Assembly: GCA_030916945.1 (NCBI GenBank)
Contig: JAUPVS010000002.1
Coordinates: 10,688-74,687 of the forward strand
DNA from: Patescibacteria group bacterium
GTDB lineage: Bacteria; Patescibacteriota; Saccharimonadia; Saccharimonadales; JAUPVS01
Direction of reading: 5' to 3'
Length of the DNA stretch: 64,000 nucleotides
Each line of letters begins with the position of its first letter. Within the stretch, counting starts at the first letter, position 1. The position numbers and the translations under genes are program-made. Positions 1 to 10,032 of the stretch are shown here, one piece after another. The notes beneath the pieces are model-generated. The model was not told the origin of the DNA. It made no database searches and saw only the letters and a program-made list of their open reading frames with translations.

Positions 1-240
1 AGATGCTCCGACTGCTGGCGCAATTACACGATACCCAGCGTCAGCAATAGATTTGAATACTTCGTTCTCGTAGTTACGACCCACACCGGTCCCAGACGGT
101 TTAATAATCGTCAACGCGTTGCCGGCAGAATCAGCTCCGCCGTGAATAAAAATAACCGCCGGTAACGATTTAAGTGCACCCTGGCGACGTTCAATTATAA
201 GGGTATTGTTGTTAAGAGCCTCTACTCTGTAGTTGCTCAT
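1..240 (-). CDS. alpha/beta-hydrolase-like protein, N-terminal part (gene continues beyond window start)
   Basis: Hand-translated minus-strand ORF starting at ATG 238-240 (MSNYRVEALNNNTLIIERRQGALKSLPAVIFIHGGADSAGN...). HGG oxyanion-hole-like motif typical of esterase/lipase folds. Start overlaps upstream stop by ATGA. Confidence 0.35.
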   Translation of the reverse strand, partial: MSNYRVEALNNNTLIIERRQGALKSLPAVIFIHGGADSAGNALTIIKPSGTGVGRNYENEVFKSIADAGYRVIAPAVGAS

Positions 241-995
241 CTGCGAATAACCTGAATGTAGGGGTAAAAATTACCGAAGAAAGTAGCACCAGCATAACCA
301 GTTACTGTAATACTGGAGGTGCAAAATAACTGTACCTTAACAGAGGCGGCGACTCCCACCGAAAGAGTTTGGGCGCCATTTGGTAGACGAGTTGAAAAAT
401 CAAACCGCATGGTAGTACTAGATCCAGAAGATGTAAAGTTTTCCTGACCAACTTGCACATATCCTCCCCCTCCACCATTATCTACCAGGACACGGCAGCC
501 CACTGTCACTGCATCGGTAGCAACAACTACTTGAGACAGTACTACCCTGACCTCTACTGGTCGAGTATCGGCTGGTGTCCATGTTGTTTCAAAGTTACTA
601 ATATCTTGAACAATGTTTGCCGTGAAGGCTCTTGTCTGACCACCAAAACCATCTTTAGCGCTCCACGCATTGCCGGTTGTCGGAAAGGCATTTATTTCTG
701 TGTAGGCTAGTTCTTGGCCTCCACTATCTAGTACCCCGGAACTAAGTTGAGTCCAAGAGCTACCATCGGAGTAGTACTGTGTACCTCCATTGATATCAGT
801 GGATAACCATAGCCCACTACCGGAACTAGCAGCTGGGCGACTAGCATTGAGTCCGCTGCCTAGCCATGTTGGCTTAGTAGAGATTGCGCCAACATTCTTT
901 GGAAGACCATCGCTAGTATGCGCTACAGACAGAAAATCGTTTAGTAGTTGCCCCCAGGCGCCACTGTCTGAACCAGGAACTGGAAGTCTAACCAT
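237..995 (-). CDS. hypothetical Gly/Ser/Thr-rich beta-rich protein (possible surface or fibre-like protein)
   Basis: 252-aa ORF with no recognisable catalytic motif. Gly/Ser/Thr-rich throughout, including a G5 run. Translationally coupled to the downstream hydrolase-like ORF. Confidence 0.4.
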   Translation of the reverse strand: MVRLPVPGSDSGAWGQLLNDFLSVAHTSDGLPKNVGAISTKPTWLGSGLNASRPAASSGSGLWLSTDINGGTQYYSDGSSWTQLSSGVLDSGGQELAYTEINAFPTTGNAWSAKDGFGGQTRAFTANIVQDISNFETTWTPADTRPVEVRVVLSQVVVATDAVTVGCRVLVDNGGGGGYVQVGQENFTSSGSSTTMRFDFSTRLPNGAQTLSVGVAASVKVQLFCTSSITVTGYAGATFFGNFYPYIQVIRR

Positions 996-1052
996 TACCT
1001 CTACCCCACTTATGCGCCCAGTATAACTTGGCCAAAGAAATTTTAGAACCTT

Positions 1053-3281
1053 TTATTCTTCTGTATCAGTTTTTTCCTCATACTCACTGGTGCCGACAGT
1101 TTCTGCATCAATAACGGGCTCAGCAGGAGCCTCGCTAACAGGTGCGGCTGCAAAAACTTCGTCGATTGAGTTTACCAGAACTTCGCGCGGGCGAGCACCA
1201 TCAGCTGGGCCAACTATGCCCTGTTCTTCCATGGCCTCGATAATTCGGGCGGCTCGGGCGTAGCCCACACGCAAACGGCGTTGCAGCAAGCTAGTGCTGG
1301 CCTTGCGACCATCAATCACAACTTGGACAGCATCGCGCCACATGTCGTCATCGGCTTCGTTAGCGCCATAGTCAGTCACCACGCCACCCTTGCCATTAAG
1401 TTGAACAGGCTGGCTAACAACTTCGTCGTCGTATTGTGGTGGTCGTTGCATGCGCAAGAAGTCAGTTACTTTCATGGTTTCGGCGTCTTCTATAAAGGCC
1501 GCCTGAACACGCTTAGGTTTAGGCATATCCGAAGTTAACAACAGCATGTCACCCCGCCCCAGCAGTTTTTCGGCACCAATCTGATCGATAATGGTACGTG
1601 AGTCCACCTGGCTGGCAGTGGTAAAGGCAATCCGAGCTGGTACGTTGGCCTTGATCAGACCAGTAATGACATCAACTGATGGCCGTTGCGTTGCCAATAC
1701 CAAGTGGATACCGGCGGCTCGAGCTTTTTGAGCCAAGCGTACTACCAAGGCTTCGACATCACGCGCCGCTACCATCATCAGGTCGGCCAATTCGTCTATA
1801 ACAATCACAATGTAGGGCATGCCCTCTTCTTTTTTGAGATTGTTATACTCTTCGATGTTACGGCGGTTCACCTCGGACATAGTCTTGAGGCGGCGTTCCA
1901 TCTCGGCAACAGCCCACTTGAGCGCGCTGATGCACTTTTCGGGTTCATTAATGACCGGTGTCAGCAGGTGCGGAATATCGTTATAAGGGGTTAGCTCAAC
2001 CTGCTTAGGGTCAACCAAAATCAGCTTAAGATCACTCGGCGTGTTGCGGTACAGCAAGCTGGTCAGGATATCGTTAATCATGACCGACTTACCAGAACCG
2101 GTTTGACCAGCCACCAATAAGTGCGGCATCTTGGACAGATCACCGACAATCGGCTGACCGGCAATGTCCTTACCAATCACAAATCCTAATGGGCCCTTAA
2201 CGTCGCTCCACTCGCCCGACTGCAGTAAACTGCTAATCCGCACCGTCGCTGGCTTAACATTTGGCACCTCAATACCAACGGCGCGTTTACCAGGAATTGG
2301 CGCTTCGATACGAATTGAGTGAGCCGCTAGGTCCAGAGCCAGGTTATTCTCGAGCGCTAACATTTTAGTTAGCTTCACACCGGTTGGTGGTTTAAGTGTG
2401 AACTGGGTAACGCGGGGACCAATATTGGCGCCTTCCATTTCGACTTCTATATTAAAGTGAGCAAACGATTCTTGAATGGCCTTGGCATTACCCTCGACAT
2501 CACCAGCATCGGCCTTGTCCTGTTTTTGGTTCAATAAGTTAACATCAGGAAACTTCCAGTCGGGATCACTAGCCATAGTTAGAGCTTCGTGGTTATCGGC
2601 GGGCGCTAATTTGGCGGCCGAGTTACGGAAACTACTCATACGGGCTGGAGTTTTGGCGCCGTGGTGTTCGACCGGCACACCTTCGTTCATGGTAAAGCCT
2701 GGGGTTTCAGCCTTTTGTTTAAGTTCGGCTAGGTCGGTATCGTCATCGGAACGTTTAAATAGACCGCCTAAGCCCAAAACAACCTTGGGCGATATACCAA
2801 ACGCAAAAAAGAAAGCTAAAGTAGCGAAGACGATAAACAAGAAGCTGGCTGGGACTTGGTCAAGGATAGCAAAGGTCGCCTTCCCTAGAGTTTCACCAAC
2901 CACGCCGCCCTGTCCGCCACTGTGAACGCCATTGACTTCGCTGGCGAACATGACGTCCAGCAAACCGGCCGTTAGGCCAACAAAAGCTAACATACTGACA
3001 AACTTGGCTAGGGGGATTTGGCGGTCTTCGCTGACAAACTTATGAATTCCAAAGAAGATGAGTGCCACCGGTGCCAGCCAGGCCGCCCAGCCCAGTGTCC
3101 AGTAGGCGCCGTGAAACAAAGTCTTGGGCAAACTACCGCCAGTACCAAAACCACCCAGCAGTAAGAAGAGAGCGGCCACCATCATCAGGACGGCGCCGGT
3201 ATAGGCCCAGAACGGCGATGGCTCAACGGCCTCGACTTTCTTTTTTCGACTTTTTGCGACTGGTTTTTTCTTTTTTGCCAT
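1053..3281 (-). CDS. ftsK: DNA translocase FtsK/SpoIIIE
   Basis: N-terminal multi-TM segment, then a linker and a motor domain. Walker A motif GQTGSGKS and the LVLATQRPSVDVITG box are present, and there is a C-terminal gamma-like winged-helix tail. Basic Lys-rich N-terminus. Confidence 0.9.
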   Translation of the reverse strand: MAKKKKPVAKSRKKKVEAVEPSPFWAYTGAVLMMVAALFLLLGGFGTGGSLPKTLFHGAYWTLGWAAWLAPVALIFFGIHKFVSEDRQIPLAKFVSMLAFVGLTAGLLDVMFASEVNGVHSGGQGGVVGETLGKATFAILDQVPASFLFIVFATLAFFFAFGISPKVVLGLGGLFKRSDDDTDLAELKQKAETPGFTMNEGVPVEHHGAKTPARMSSFRNSAAKLAPADNHEALTMASDPDWKFPDVNLLNQKQDKADAGDVEGNAKAIQESFAHFNIEVEMEGANIGPRVTQFTLKPPTGVKLTKMLALENNLALDLAAHSIRIEAPIPGKRAVGIEVPNVKPATVRISSLLQSGEWSDVKGPLGFVIGKDIAGQPIVGDLSKMPHLLVAGQTGSGKSVMINDILTSLLYRNTPSDLKLILVDPKQVELTPYNDIPHLLTPVINEPEKCISALKWAVAEMERRLKTMSEVNRRNIEEYNNLKKEEGMPYIVIVIDELADLMMVAARDVEALVVRLAQKARAAGIHLVLATQRPSVDVITGLIKANVPARIAFTTASQVDSRTIIDQIGAEKLLGRGDMLLLTSDMPKPKRVQAAFIEDAETMKVTDFLRMQRPPQYDDEVVSQPVQLNGKGGVVTDYGANEADDDMWRDAVQVVIDGRKASTSLLQRRLRVGYARAARIIEAMEEQGIVGPADGARPREVLVNSIDEVFAAAPVSEAPAEPVIDAETVGTSEYEEKTDTEE

Positions 3282-3311
3282 AACCGTTAAAGTATATCAG
3301 TTTTACCGTTG

Positions 3312-3716
3312 TTAATCATCTTTGAGCCGGCTAGAATTTTGTAAATACTGCCGAGCTAGCGGGATGTGAACGCTCAATACAGGATATTTAGTTATGTCTT
3401 GCTGGATTCGTTCGTAGTTTTTGCGAAGTCTCGCACTCTGCGCTACGTCCTGCTCCGGATTGCTTTCCACGGCAATAATATCGTCTAGTAGTGAGCTCCG
3501 GCGCATAAGTAGTTCATATAGGTGCAGATCCCCTTCGGCCTCATCCATCATCGATTCGGCGAGCTTAGGCTCGCCGTGCAAAGACGGGGGAGCAATTGGC
3601 CCATGCTGAATGCCTTCCGATACCGGCGAGAAATCGAACGGCAGTTCGGGCAAAGACTGGTAAGGTTTTTGCTTCATAACAGATGTTATTATAGCAAAAA
3701 TTACATCATTTGTCAA
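3312..3716 (-). CDS. hypothetical protein
   Basis: 134-aa ORF between ftsK and RNase J on the same strand. No recognisable motifs. Confidence 0.35.
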   Translation of the reverse strand: MTNDVIFAIITSVMKQKPYQSLPELPFDFSPVSEGIQHGPIAPPSLHGEPKLAESMMDEAEGDLHLYELLMRRSSLLDDIIAVESNPEQDVAQSARLRKNYERIQQDITKYPVLSVHIPLARQYLQNSSRLKDD

Positions 3717-3728
3717 TCAAGGTTGTGC

Positions 3729-5828
3729 TTAGTCGGGTTGGTCGGTACCGAGCAAACGAGCGCGCATTTCTTGGAAACGTTTTTGCTGGTCGGCTACGGC
3801 TGCTTCGGGACTTGGTTCTGGTGCGGCATTGCTGGCGGGAGCAGCTTTACGTCGACCATTAGGCGACTTACCTTCTGGCTTACCACCAATTACATTTACA
3901 ACCGGAATGACAATTGGCGAACGGCCAGTTTTGTCATAGAGGAAGTGCGTAACATGCTCTTTAATCTCTTGCTTAAAGCGGTCTAGGTCGATGCGCTTAA
4001 AGCGTTGACCGACGGCCCGGCGTAGCTCGGCCCGGAACTCGTTCATTAGATCCTCGGAGTCACGCATATATATAAAGCCACGACTAATGATGTCGGGGCT
4101 GGTCAGCAAGGCGCCAGTTTTGCGATCTACCGTAAGAATAACGGCCACTAGACCCTCTTCGGCCAGCATTAAGCGGTCCTTGACAACGACGTTGTTAACG
4201 ATCATGCCGGTCTGATCAACCAAGATGATACCGTGTGGTACTTCGCCAATGATTTGCAGATGGTTGGCAGTTAGGGCGACGACGTCACCGTTGTCAAAGT
4301 TCAAAGTATTCTTACGTGGTATGCCCTGCTCAACAGCGATTTCGATGTGTTGGCGCTTGGCGGTAAAGTCACCGTAAATTGGCATAAAGAATTTTGGCTT
4401 GGTGAAGTCGATCATATCTTTATACTCGTCAATGCTGGCGTGACCAGATACGTGTAGTGGGCCACAACCGTCAATTTCACGGGTTTCGTGACGGAAGACG
4501 TGCACACCCTTGCGGTAGAGGTCATCGACCATAGAACGCACTAAGGCGTCGTTACCAGAATATGGGATTGGTGTACTAGCCAGAATAACGGTGTCTTGTT
4601 CTTTAAGTTTAACGTGGCGGTGCTCGCCGTTACTCATACGCTGCAAGGCTGAGTTAGGCTCACCTTGCGAACCGGTACAGACCACGACGACTTCTTCGTC
4701 TTTCATGGTGCCAACGGCAGCGATTGGGACAAAAGTACCCTTAGGGATCTTGGCAAAGCCAAGCCGAACGGCCATTTCTAGGGTACTAACCATACTACGT
4801 CCGTCCATGGCGACCTTACGGCCGTTTTGGACGGCGGCGTTGATGATCATCTGAACACGGTTCATGTTGGTTGAGAACAAGCCGATGAAAATACGGCCGG
4901 GCGCTTGGTTCATGATGTCGACAAAGCTTTGTTCGATAGTACTTTCGCTCGGTGTACGACCGGGACGCTCAGTCGTGGTGCTTTCGCTCAACAGCGCTAG
5001 AACACCTTCGTTACCAAGTTCTATTAAACGTTCAGTGTCGGTTTTTTCGTGGTCTAGCGGGTTCGGGTCAAGCCTAAAGTCACCGGTGTTAATAATACGT
5101 CCGACTGGTGTATCGACAACGATACAGGTAGAACCAGGGATAGAGTGCGTAATCCGCACCAGTTCTACAAAGAACTCGCCAATCTTAAGCCGTTCATGAT
5201 TGTCTTCGTTCATAACGACAGTTTTAAGTTCAAAACCATCGGGTTGTGGCAAGCCAAAGTTCTGAAAGATTTCTTCGACGCGGCCAATTGTAAAGCGACT
5301 ACCGTAAACAGGCGCCGGGAACTTAGGTAAGATGTGTGGCAAACCACCAATGTGGTCCAAGTGTCCGTGGGTAATGACGTAGGCCTTAAGTTTGTGTCGA
5401 ATGGTTTCTAGGTAAGTGGTGTCGGCGATACCGTAGTTGATACCCGGTAAATCGACACCAAGGTCGTTACCGCAGTCCATAATAATGGCGTCGTTAAGAT
5501 ATTCCATGATAATCATGTTCTTAGAACCACCGCTATCTTGGCCACCCAGGGCGATAATTTTAACCTGAGGACCGTCGTCGATCATCGGTGCCCGCTTGGG
5601 CTTGTCTGATGTCTTTGAAGCGCTGGGCAGGTATTTATTGGCAATCTTTTGGGCATCGTCCTGAGAACGACGCTGGGCCCGTATAGCGGCACCGCGGCTA
5701 ACGCTGCGGCCACCGTTGGCTGGACTACCACCCTGCTTAGGCTGGCTGCCTCTAGAATTTGGGTTTTTAGACCGTTTAGGATTTCCAGATTCTTCTGGTC
5801 TTGGCGGTCTTGGTTTAGTTGTTTCCAT
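3729..5828 (-). CDS. rnj: ribonuclease J (metallo-beta-lactamase/beta-CASP RNase) with basic low-complexity N-terminal extension
   Basis: HGHLDHIGG metallo-beta-lactamase motif and beta-CASP region. About 90-aa Arg/Lys/Pro/Ser-rich N-terminal extension and a Pro/Ala-rich C-terminal tail. Strong RBS AAAGGAG upstream of the ATG. Confidence 0.85.
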   Translation of the reverse strand: METTKPRPPRPEESGNPKRSKNPNSRGSQPKQGGSPANGGRSVSRGAAIRAQRRSQDDAQKIANKYLPSASKTSDKPKRAPMIDDGPQVKIIALGGQDSGGSKNMIIMEYLNDAIIMDCGNDLGVDLPGINYGIADTTYLETIRHKLKAYVITHGHLDHIGGLPHILPKFPAPVYGSRFTIGRVEEIFQNFGLPQPDGFELKTVVMNEDNHERLKIGEFFVELVRITHSIPGSTCIVVDTPVGRIINTGDFRLDPNPLDHEKTDTERLIELGNEGVLALLSESTTTERPGRTPSESTIEQSFVDIMNQAPGRIFIGLFSTNMNRVQMIINAAVQNGRKVAMDGRSMVSTLEMAVRLGFAKIPKGTFVPIAAVGTMKDEEVVVVCTGSQGEPNSALQRMSNGEHRHVKLKEQDTVILASTPIPYSGNDALVRSMVDDLYRKGVHVFRHETREIDGCGPLHVSGHASIDEYKDMIDFTKPKFFMPIYGDFTAKRQHIEIAVEQGIPRKNTLNFDNGDVVALTANHLQIIGEVPHGIILVDQTGMIVNNVVVKDRLMLAEEGLVAVILTVDRKTGALLTSPDIISRGFIYMRDSEDLMNEFRAELRRAVGQRFKRIDLDRFKQEIKEHVTHFLYDKTGRSPIVIPVVNVIGGKPEGKSPNGRRKAAPASNAAPEPSPEAAVADQQKRFQEMRARLLGTDQPD

Positions 5829-5865
5829 ATTGTTTTCTCCTTTTAGAGTTTAATATTTTGGATTT

Positions 5866-6432
5866 CTAATTTGATATTGCTTCGATGACCGCCGGAATAG
5901 TGGCGAAGTCATCAAGTAGGGTTTGGCGCATACCGCCGTTGTAAAGCGCGGCTGCTGGATGGAAAAGTGGCAGATACACCTGTCCGTTTTTGCGCTTTGC
6001 TTGGCCATGCACCTCGGAAATTTTCAACCCAGGCAGAAAGCATTCCATGCTATGCCTGCCTAGGGTGACAATAACTTTGGGCTGAATAATTGCCATCTGT
6101 TGCTGCAAGTACGGCAGAAAGGCCGATTTTTCTTCCGGCAACGGATCGCGATTATTGGGCGGTCGGTATTTAACTATGTTGGTAATGTAGATATCTTCCC
6201 TTTTAAGGTTGATAGTAGCCAGCATCTCGTCTAAGAACTTGCCAGCCGCCCCGACAAACGGCAGTCCCTTAAGGTCTTCGTTCTTGCCGGGCGCTTCCCC
6301 TACAAAAACTATTTGCGCATCGGGGTTGCCATAACCAAACACAAGTTGTGTGGCCGCGCCGGCCAGTTCAGGGCAAACATCATCCTTTAGAATTTGCGCT
6401 TTTAGATTTTCGAGTTTAGCTTGTTTGGTCAT
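5866..6432 (-). CDS. uracil-DNA glycosylase, family 4
   Basis: GEAPG...FVGAAGKFL motifs and an Fe-S cluster cysteine context typical of family-4 UDG. Confidence 0.8.
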   Translation of the reverse strand: MTKQAKLENLKAQILKDDVCPELAGAATQLVFGYGNPDAQIVFVGEAPGKNEDLKGLPFVGAAGKFLDEMLATINLKREDIYITNIVKYRPPNNRDPLPEEKSAFLPYLQQQMAIIQPKVIVTLGRHSMECFLPGLKISEVHGQAKRKNGQVYLPLFHPAAALYNGGMRQTLLDDFATIPAVIEAISN

Positions 6433-6626
6433 TATTTTCTAATTAGACGGACGAGATTCTGGAGACCGCCAACTAGCAGCAGAATCGTAAATGCATACTG
6501 CCACCAGCTACCGGTGTCCAGGGCGCGGGAACCAACTGCATAAGCCAGAACAAGTTCAACAATCGCAAACACGGCGTAACCTTGTTTGGTGTTTTTCCAC
6601 CTATCGAACTTTAGTATCGCTTTCAT
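6432..6626 (-). CDS. small hypothetical membrane protein
   Basis: 64 aa with two predicted hydrophobic helices. Stop/start abut the UDG gene. Confidence 0.3.
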   Translation of the reverse strand: MKAILKFDRWKNTKQGYAVFAIVELVLAYAVGSRALDTGSWWQYAFTILLLVGGLQNLVRLIRK

Positions 6627-6642
6627 TGGTTCCCCTCCCCTT

Positions 6643-8781
6643 TTATTTCTTATCGTTTAACTCGCGTTGGGCAGCTTTCATGCTTAGCTGCAAGCGACCT
6701 TTGTCGTCGATAGCAACCAGCTTGACAGTAACTTTTTGGCCTTCTTTAACTACGTCACCAGGGCGCTCAACCCGTTCTTCGCGCATTTCGCTAACGTGCA
6801 CTAGGCCGTCTTTGCCGGGCATAATCTGCACAAAGGCACCAAAGTCCATCACCGTTACTACCGGTACATCAACGTAAATCTTACCGACTTCTGGTTCGGC
6901 TGTAATGTTCTCGATGTACTGCTTGGCGGCGTCGATTGATGTCTTATTTGGGCTAGCAATAAATACCAAGCCATCATCTTTAATATCAATCTCGGCACCG
7001 GTTTCGGCGATGATCTTATTGATCATCTCGCCACCCTTACCAATTACCTCGCGGATTTTGTCGGGATTAATTTTGATCGATTCAACCCGTGGCGCGTACG
7101 GGCTCATCTCCTTACGAGCTTCTGGCAAGATGCTGGTCATGTGATCAAGAATGTGTGAACGGCCGACTTTACCTTGATCCAGAGCCTCTTTAAGCACGTC
7201 TACAGGCAATCCGTGGAGCTTCATGTCCATTTGGAGGGCCGTGATGCCTTTGGCGGTTCCAGCAACCTTAAAGTCCATGTCACCAGCAAAGTCTTCGGCG
7301 TCAGCAATGTCGGTTAAAATCATTGGCTTGTCGCCATTCATCATCAAGCCCATGGCAATACCACTAACCGGTGCCTTAAGTGGGACACCGGCGTCGAGTA
7401 AGGCCAAACAGCTAGAACAAGTAGCTGCCATACTAGTGCTACCGTTCTGGCTCATAATCTCGGTTACAGAGCGAATGGTGTAAGGAAACTCCTCTTCGGT
7501 TGGTAAAACGGCTGCTAGAGCTCGTTCCGCTAAGTAGCCGTGGCCGATTTCGCGACGACCCGGACCACTCAGGCGCTTAACTTCACCAACAGTGTAGCCG
7601 GGAGCATTGTAGTGGTGGAAGTAACGACGTTCGCCTTCCCTTTCCATGGTGTCAACCAGCTGTACATAGCTAAGTGGTGCCACTGTTACGATATTCATCG
7701 CTTGGGTTAGGCCACGCGTAAAGATACTGGAACCATGGGTTCGCGGCAACACGCCGACTTCGCTACTTAGTTCACGCACCTCGGTGAGCTTGCGGCCGTC
7801 GGGTCGGATACCTTCTTCGACGATACCCTGGCGAACATCTTTGTGCAGAGCCATCTGGAAGGCATCGTTATATTCGTTCTTGGCTTCGTTATAGGCATCT
7901 TCGCCAATCTCTTCGACAAAGTGATCTTTCATCTGATCGCGTAGCTGACGAACTAGGTCGTTGCGCTCCGGGTAAGGGGCTCGTAGACCAGCGCCTAGTT
8001 TACCGCTTAACCAGCTTTCGACCCGCTGTTGAATGTCGGTGTCGGGCAGGCTCAGTTCAAACTCTTGCTCGACAACCCCTACCTTCTTTATCAACTCTTC
8101 TTGCAAGACAATGGCTGGCTGAATAATCTTTTGGGCGTATTCGATGGCTTCGATGACTTCGGCTTCGGTGACTTCGTTAGCGCCGGCTTCTACCATCATG
8201 ACACCGGCTTTAGTGCCCGCTACTACGAGGTCAAGTTTGCCGTTCAGCTCTTCCGGGGTGGCAAAGGCTTTAAACTTGCCGTCTACCATACCAACGCGAA
8301 CACCAGCGACGGGGCCGTCAAAAGGGGCGCCGGTCAGCATAAAGGCCGCACTCAGCGCCACCATAGCGATCATGTCAGGGCGGAAGTCAGGATCCATACT
8401 AAGCACACTGGCGACACCTTGAACTTCGTGCCTATAGCCTTTCGGCCAGAGCGGTCTAATTGGGCGGTCAATTAAACGACCGATCAGAATAGCATCGTCA
8501 CTGGGGCGACCTTCGCGCTTAATAAAGCGACTGCCGCTGATTTTACCCGAGGCATACATCTTTTCTTCGTAATCGATGCTCAGCGGAAAGTAGTCGAAGC
8601 CCTGTAATGGCTTATCGCCTACCATGGTGCTGGCTAGTACGACAGTGTCGCCGTAACGAGCCACGACTGAAGCACTGGTTCGAAAACCGAGGCGACCGAC
8701 TTCGAGGCTCAGGGTGCGACCACAGAATTCGGTTTCTACGGTAATTATTGGTTTTCCGGCGGGGTTAATGGTTTTTCCCAT
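6643..8781 (-). CDS. pnp: polynucleotide phosphorylase (PNPase)
   Basis: Two RNase PH-like domains plus KH and S1 domains at the C-terminus. Located in the conserved rpsO-pnp arrangement. Confidence 0.95.
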   Translation of the reverse strand: MGKTINPAGKPIITVETEFCGRTLSLEVGRLGFRTSASVVARYGDTVVLASTMVGDKPLQGFDYFPLSIDYEEKMYASGKISGSRFIKREGRPSDDAILIGRLIDRPIRPLWPKGYRHEVQGVASVLSMDPDFRPDMIAMVALSAAFMLTGAPFDGPVAGVRVGMVDGKFKAFATPEELNGKLDLVVAGTKAGVMMVEAGANEVTEAEVIEAIEYAQKIIQPAIVLQEELIKKVGVVEQEFELSLPDTDIQQRVESWLSGKLGAGLRAPYPERNDLVRQLRDQMKDHFVEEIGEDAYNEAKNEYNDAFQMALHKDVRQGIVEEGIRPDGRKLTEVRELSSEVGVLPRTHGSSIFTRGLTQAMNIVTVAPLSYVQLVDTMEREGERRYFHHYNAPGYTVGEVKRLSGPGRREIGHGYLAERALAAVLPTEEEFPYTIRSVTEIMSQNGSTSMAATCSSCLALLDAGVPLKAPVSGIAMGLMMNGDKPMILTDIADAEDFAGDMDFKVAGTAKGITALQMDMKLHGLPVDVLKEALDQGKVGRSHILDHMTSILPEARKEMSPYAPRVESIKINPDKIREVIGKGGEMINKIIAETGAEIDIKDDGLVFIASPNKTSIDAAKQYIENITAEPEVGKIYVDVPVVTVMDFGAFVQIMPGKDGLVHVSEMREERVERPGDVVKEGQKVTVKLVAIDDKGRLQLSMKAAQRELNDKK

Positions 8782-8962
8782 TGGTTTCCTTTCGAGAATG
8801 GCTTGGTTACACAGGTCAAATCTATTTTGGCGGCTTCTTGTGCTGATACGCCAGCTAGATCTGTTGCTGTATAACCAATACCCTAGTTAGTAAGCTTTTA
8901 ATGTGCACAAGCTTAGGCGGCCAGCCCCAGGTAATCTGGATGGCCGCGCCAGTCTACGCAAA

Positions 8963-9229
8963 TTAGCGGCGAATCTTGAGCTTTTCGGTTAGCTCAAGGT
9001 ACTTGTTGCTGTCTTTTTTAGCCAAGTAGCGCAAAAGACGCTTACGTTGACCGACCATTTGCAACAGACCACGACGAGCCATAAAGTCTTTTTTGTTAAC
9101 TTTAAGGTGTTCCGTAATCTCGTTGATACGGCTGGTTAGAATACCGATCTGGACCTCTGGTGAGCCAGTGTCAGTCTTACTTGTTTGCAAATCCTTGATA
9201 ATAGCTTGCTTCTTTTCGGTTGAAATCAT
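8963..9229 (-). CDS. rpsO: 30S ribosomal protein S15
   Basis: 88 aa. The signature ...[15 protein letters not shown]... is present. Sits upstream of pnp as in most bacteria. Confidence 0.9.
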   Translation of the reverse strand: MISTEKKQAIIKDLQTSKTDTGSPEVQIGILTSRINEITEHLKVNKKDFMARRGLLQMVGQRKRLLRYLAKKDSNKYLELTEKLKIRR

Positions 9230-9277
9230 CTACTTCCTTATGCTGTTAATTAGAGATTATTGATGGCGTTGACCCGT

Positions 9278-9306
9278 ATTATAGCAGAGTCGCCTCTGTT
9301 TAGCAA
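9278..9306 (-). promoter_or_regulatory. sigma70-type promoter for rpsO (TTGCTA-N17-TATAAT on minus strand)
   Basis: On the minus strand: TTGCTAaacagaggcgactctgcTATAAT about 50 nt upstream of the rpsO ATG. Near-consensus spacing and -10 box. Confidence 0.45.
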
Positions 9307-9326
9307 CCATATATTACAAATTGTAC

Positions 9327-10031
9327 TCAAGCCTTGGTCTGTAGATTTTGGTAGATTGCTTCTGAACTCAATTTGTCTACAGCCAGGGCATCGCTAACCA
9401 TATATTTACTGATGCTGGTGCGCCGTAATTGGCTGGTGTAGGCGCCTGTTTTTAACAGACTACCGATGTCCTCTACCAGTGTCCTGATATAGGTTCCACT
9501 AGACACCGCAACACTGAACGACAACTGCGGATAGTGGTACTCAACATCGGTGATGTCGTAAATCTTGACCAGTCTGGGCTTGATTTCGACCGGTTTGCCC
9601 TCACGTGCCAATTTGTAGGCCCGTTTGCCGTTAACCTTAACGGCCGAGAAGGCTGGTGGCACCTGTTCAATCTCACCCTTAAACCGCTCCAGAGTGCTTA
9701 AGATGTCCTCATTTAGAGGTTCGGTATTAGATATTCGAATTTTCTCCCCTTCTTCGTCACCTGTAGTGCTGGTTTCGCCCAGCCTAGCGGTAACCTGATA
9801 GGTTTTATCAAGCTTGCTAAAGCTTTCGGCTTGCTTGGTGTAGTCACCCACCATCACGATGAGTAAACCAGTTGCCAAGGGGTCAAGCGTGCCGGCATGC
9901 CCAACCGGAAAACGTTTCTTGCCAGTTGTATTGAGGCCTGAGTCCTGAATAATGTGGCGTACTTTGTTAACAACGTCAAAACTGGTCCAACCGGACGGCT
10001 TGTCAATCAGTAAGAAGCCACTGATTGGCAT
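9327..10031 (-). CDS. truB: tRNA pseudouridine(55) synthase TruB
   Basis: GHAGTLDPLATGLL catalytic Asp motif. Position between the nrnA-like gene and rpsO. Confidence 0.9.
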   Translation of the reverse strand: MPISGFLLIDKPSGWTSFDVVNKVRHIIQDSGLNTTGKKRFPVGHAGTLDPLATGLLIVMVGDYTKQAESFSKLDKTYQVTARLGETSTTGDEEGEKIRISNTEPLNEDILSTLERFKGEIEQVPPAFSAVKVNGKRAYKLAREGKPVEIKPRLVKIYDITDVEYHYPQLSFSVAVSSGTYIRTLVEDIGSLLKTGAYTSQLRRTSISKYMVSDALAVDKLSSEAIYQNLQTKA

Positions 10032-10032
10032 A

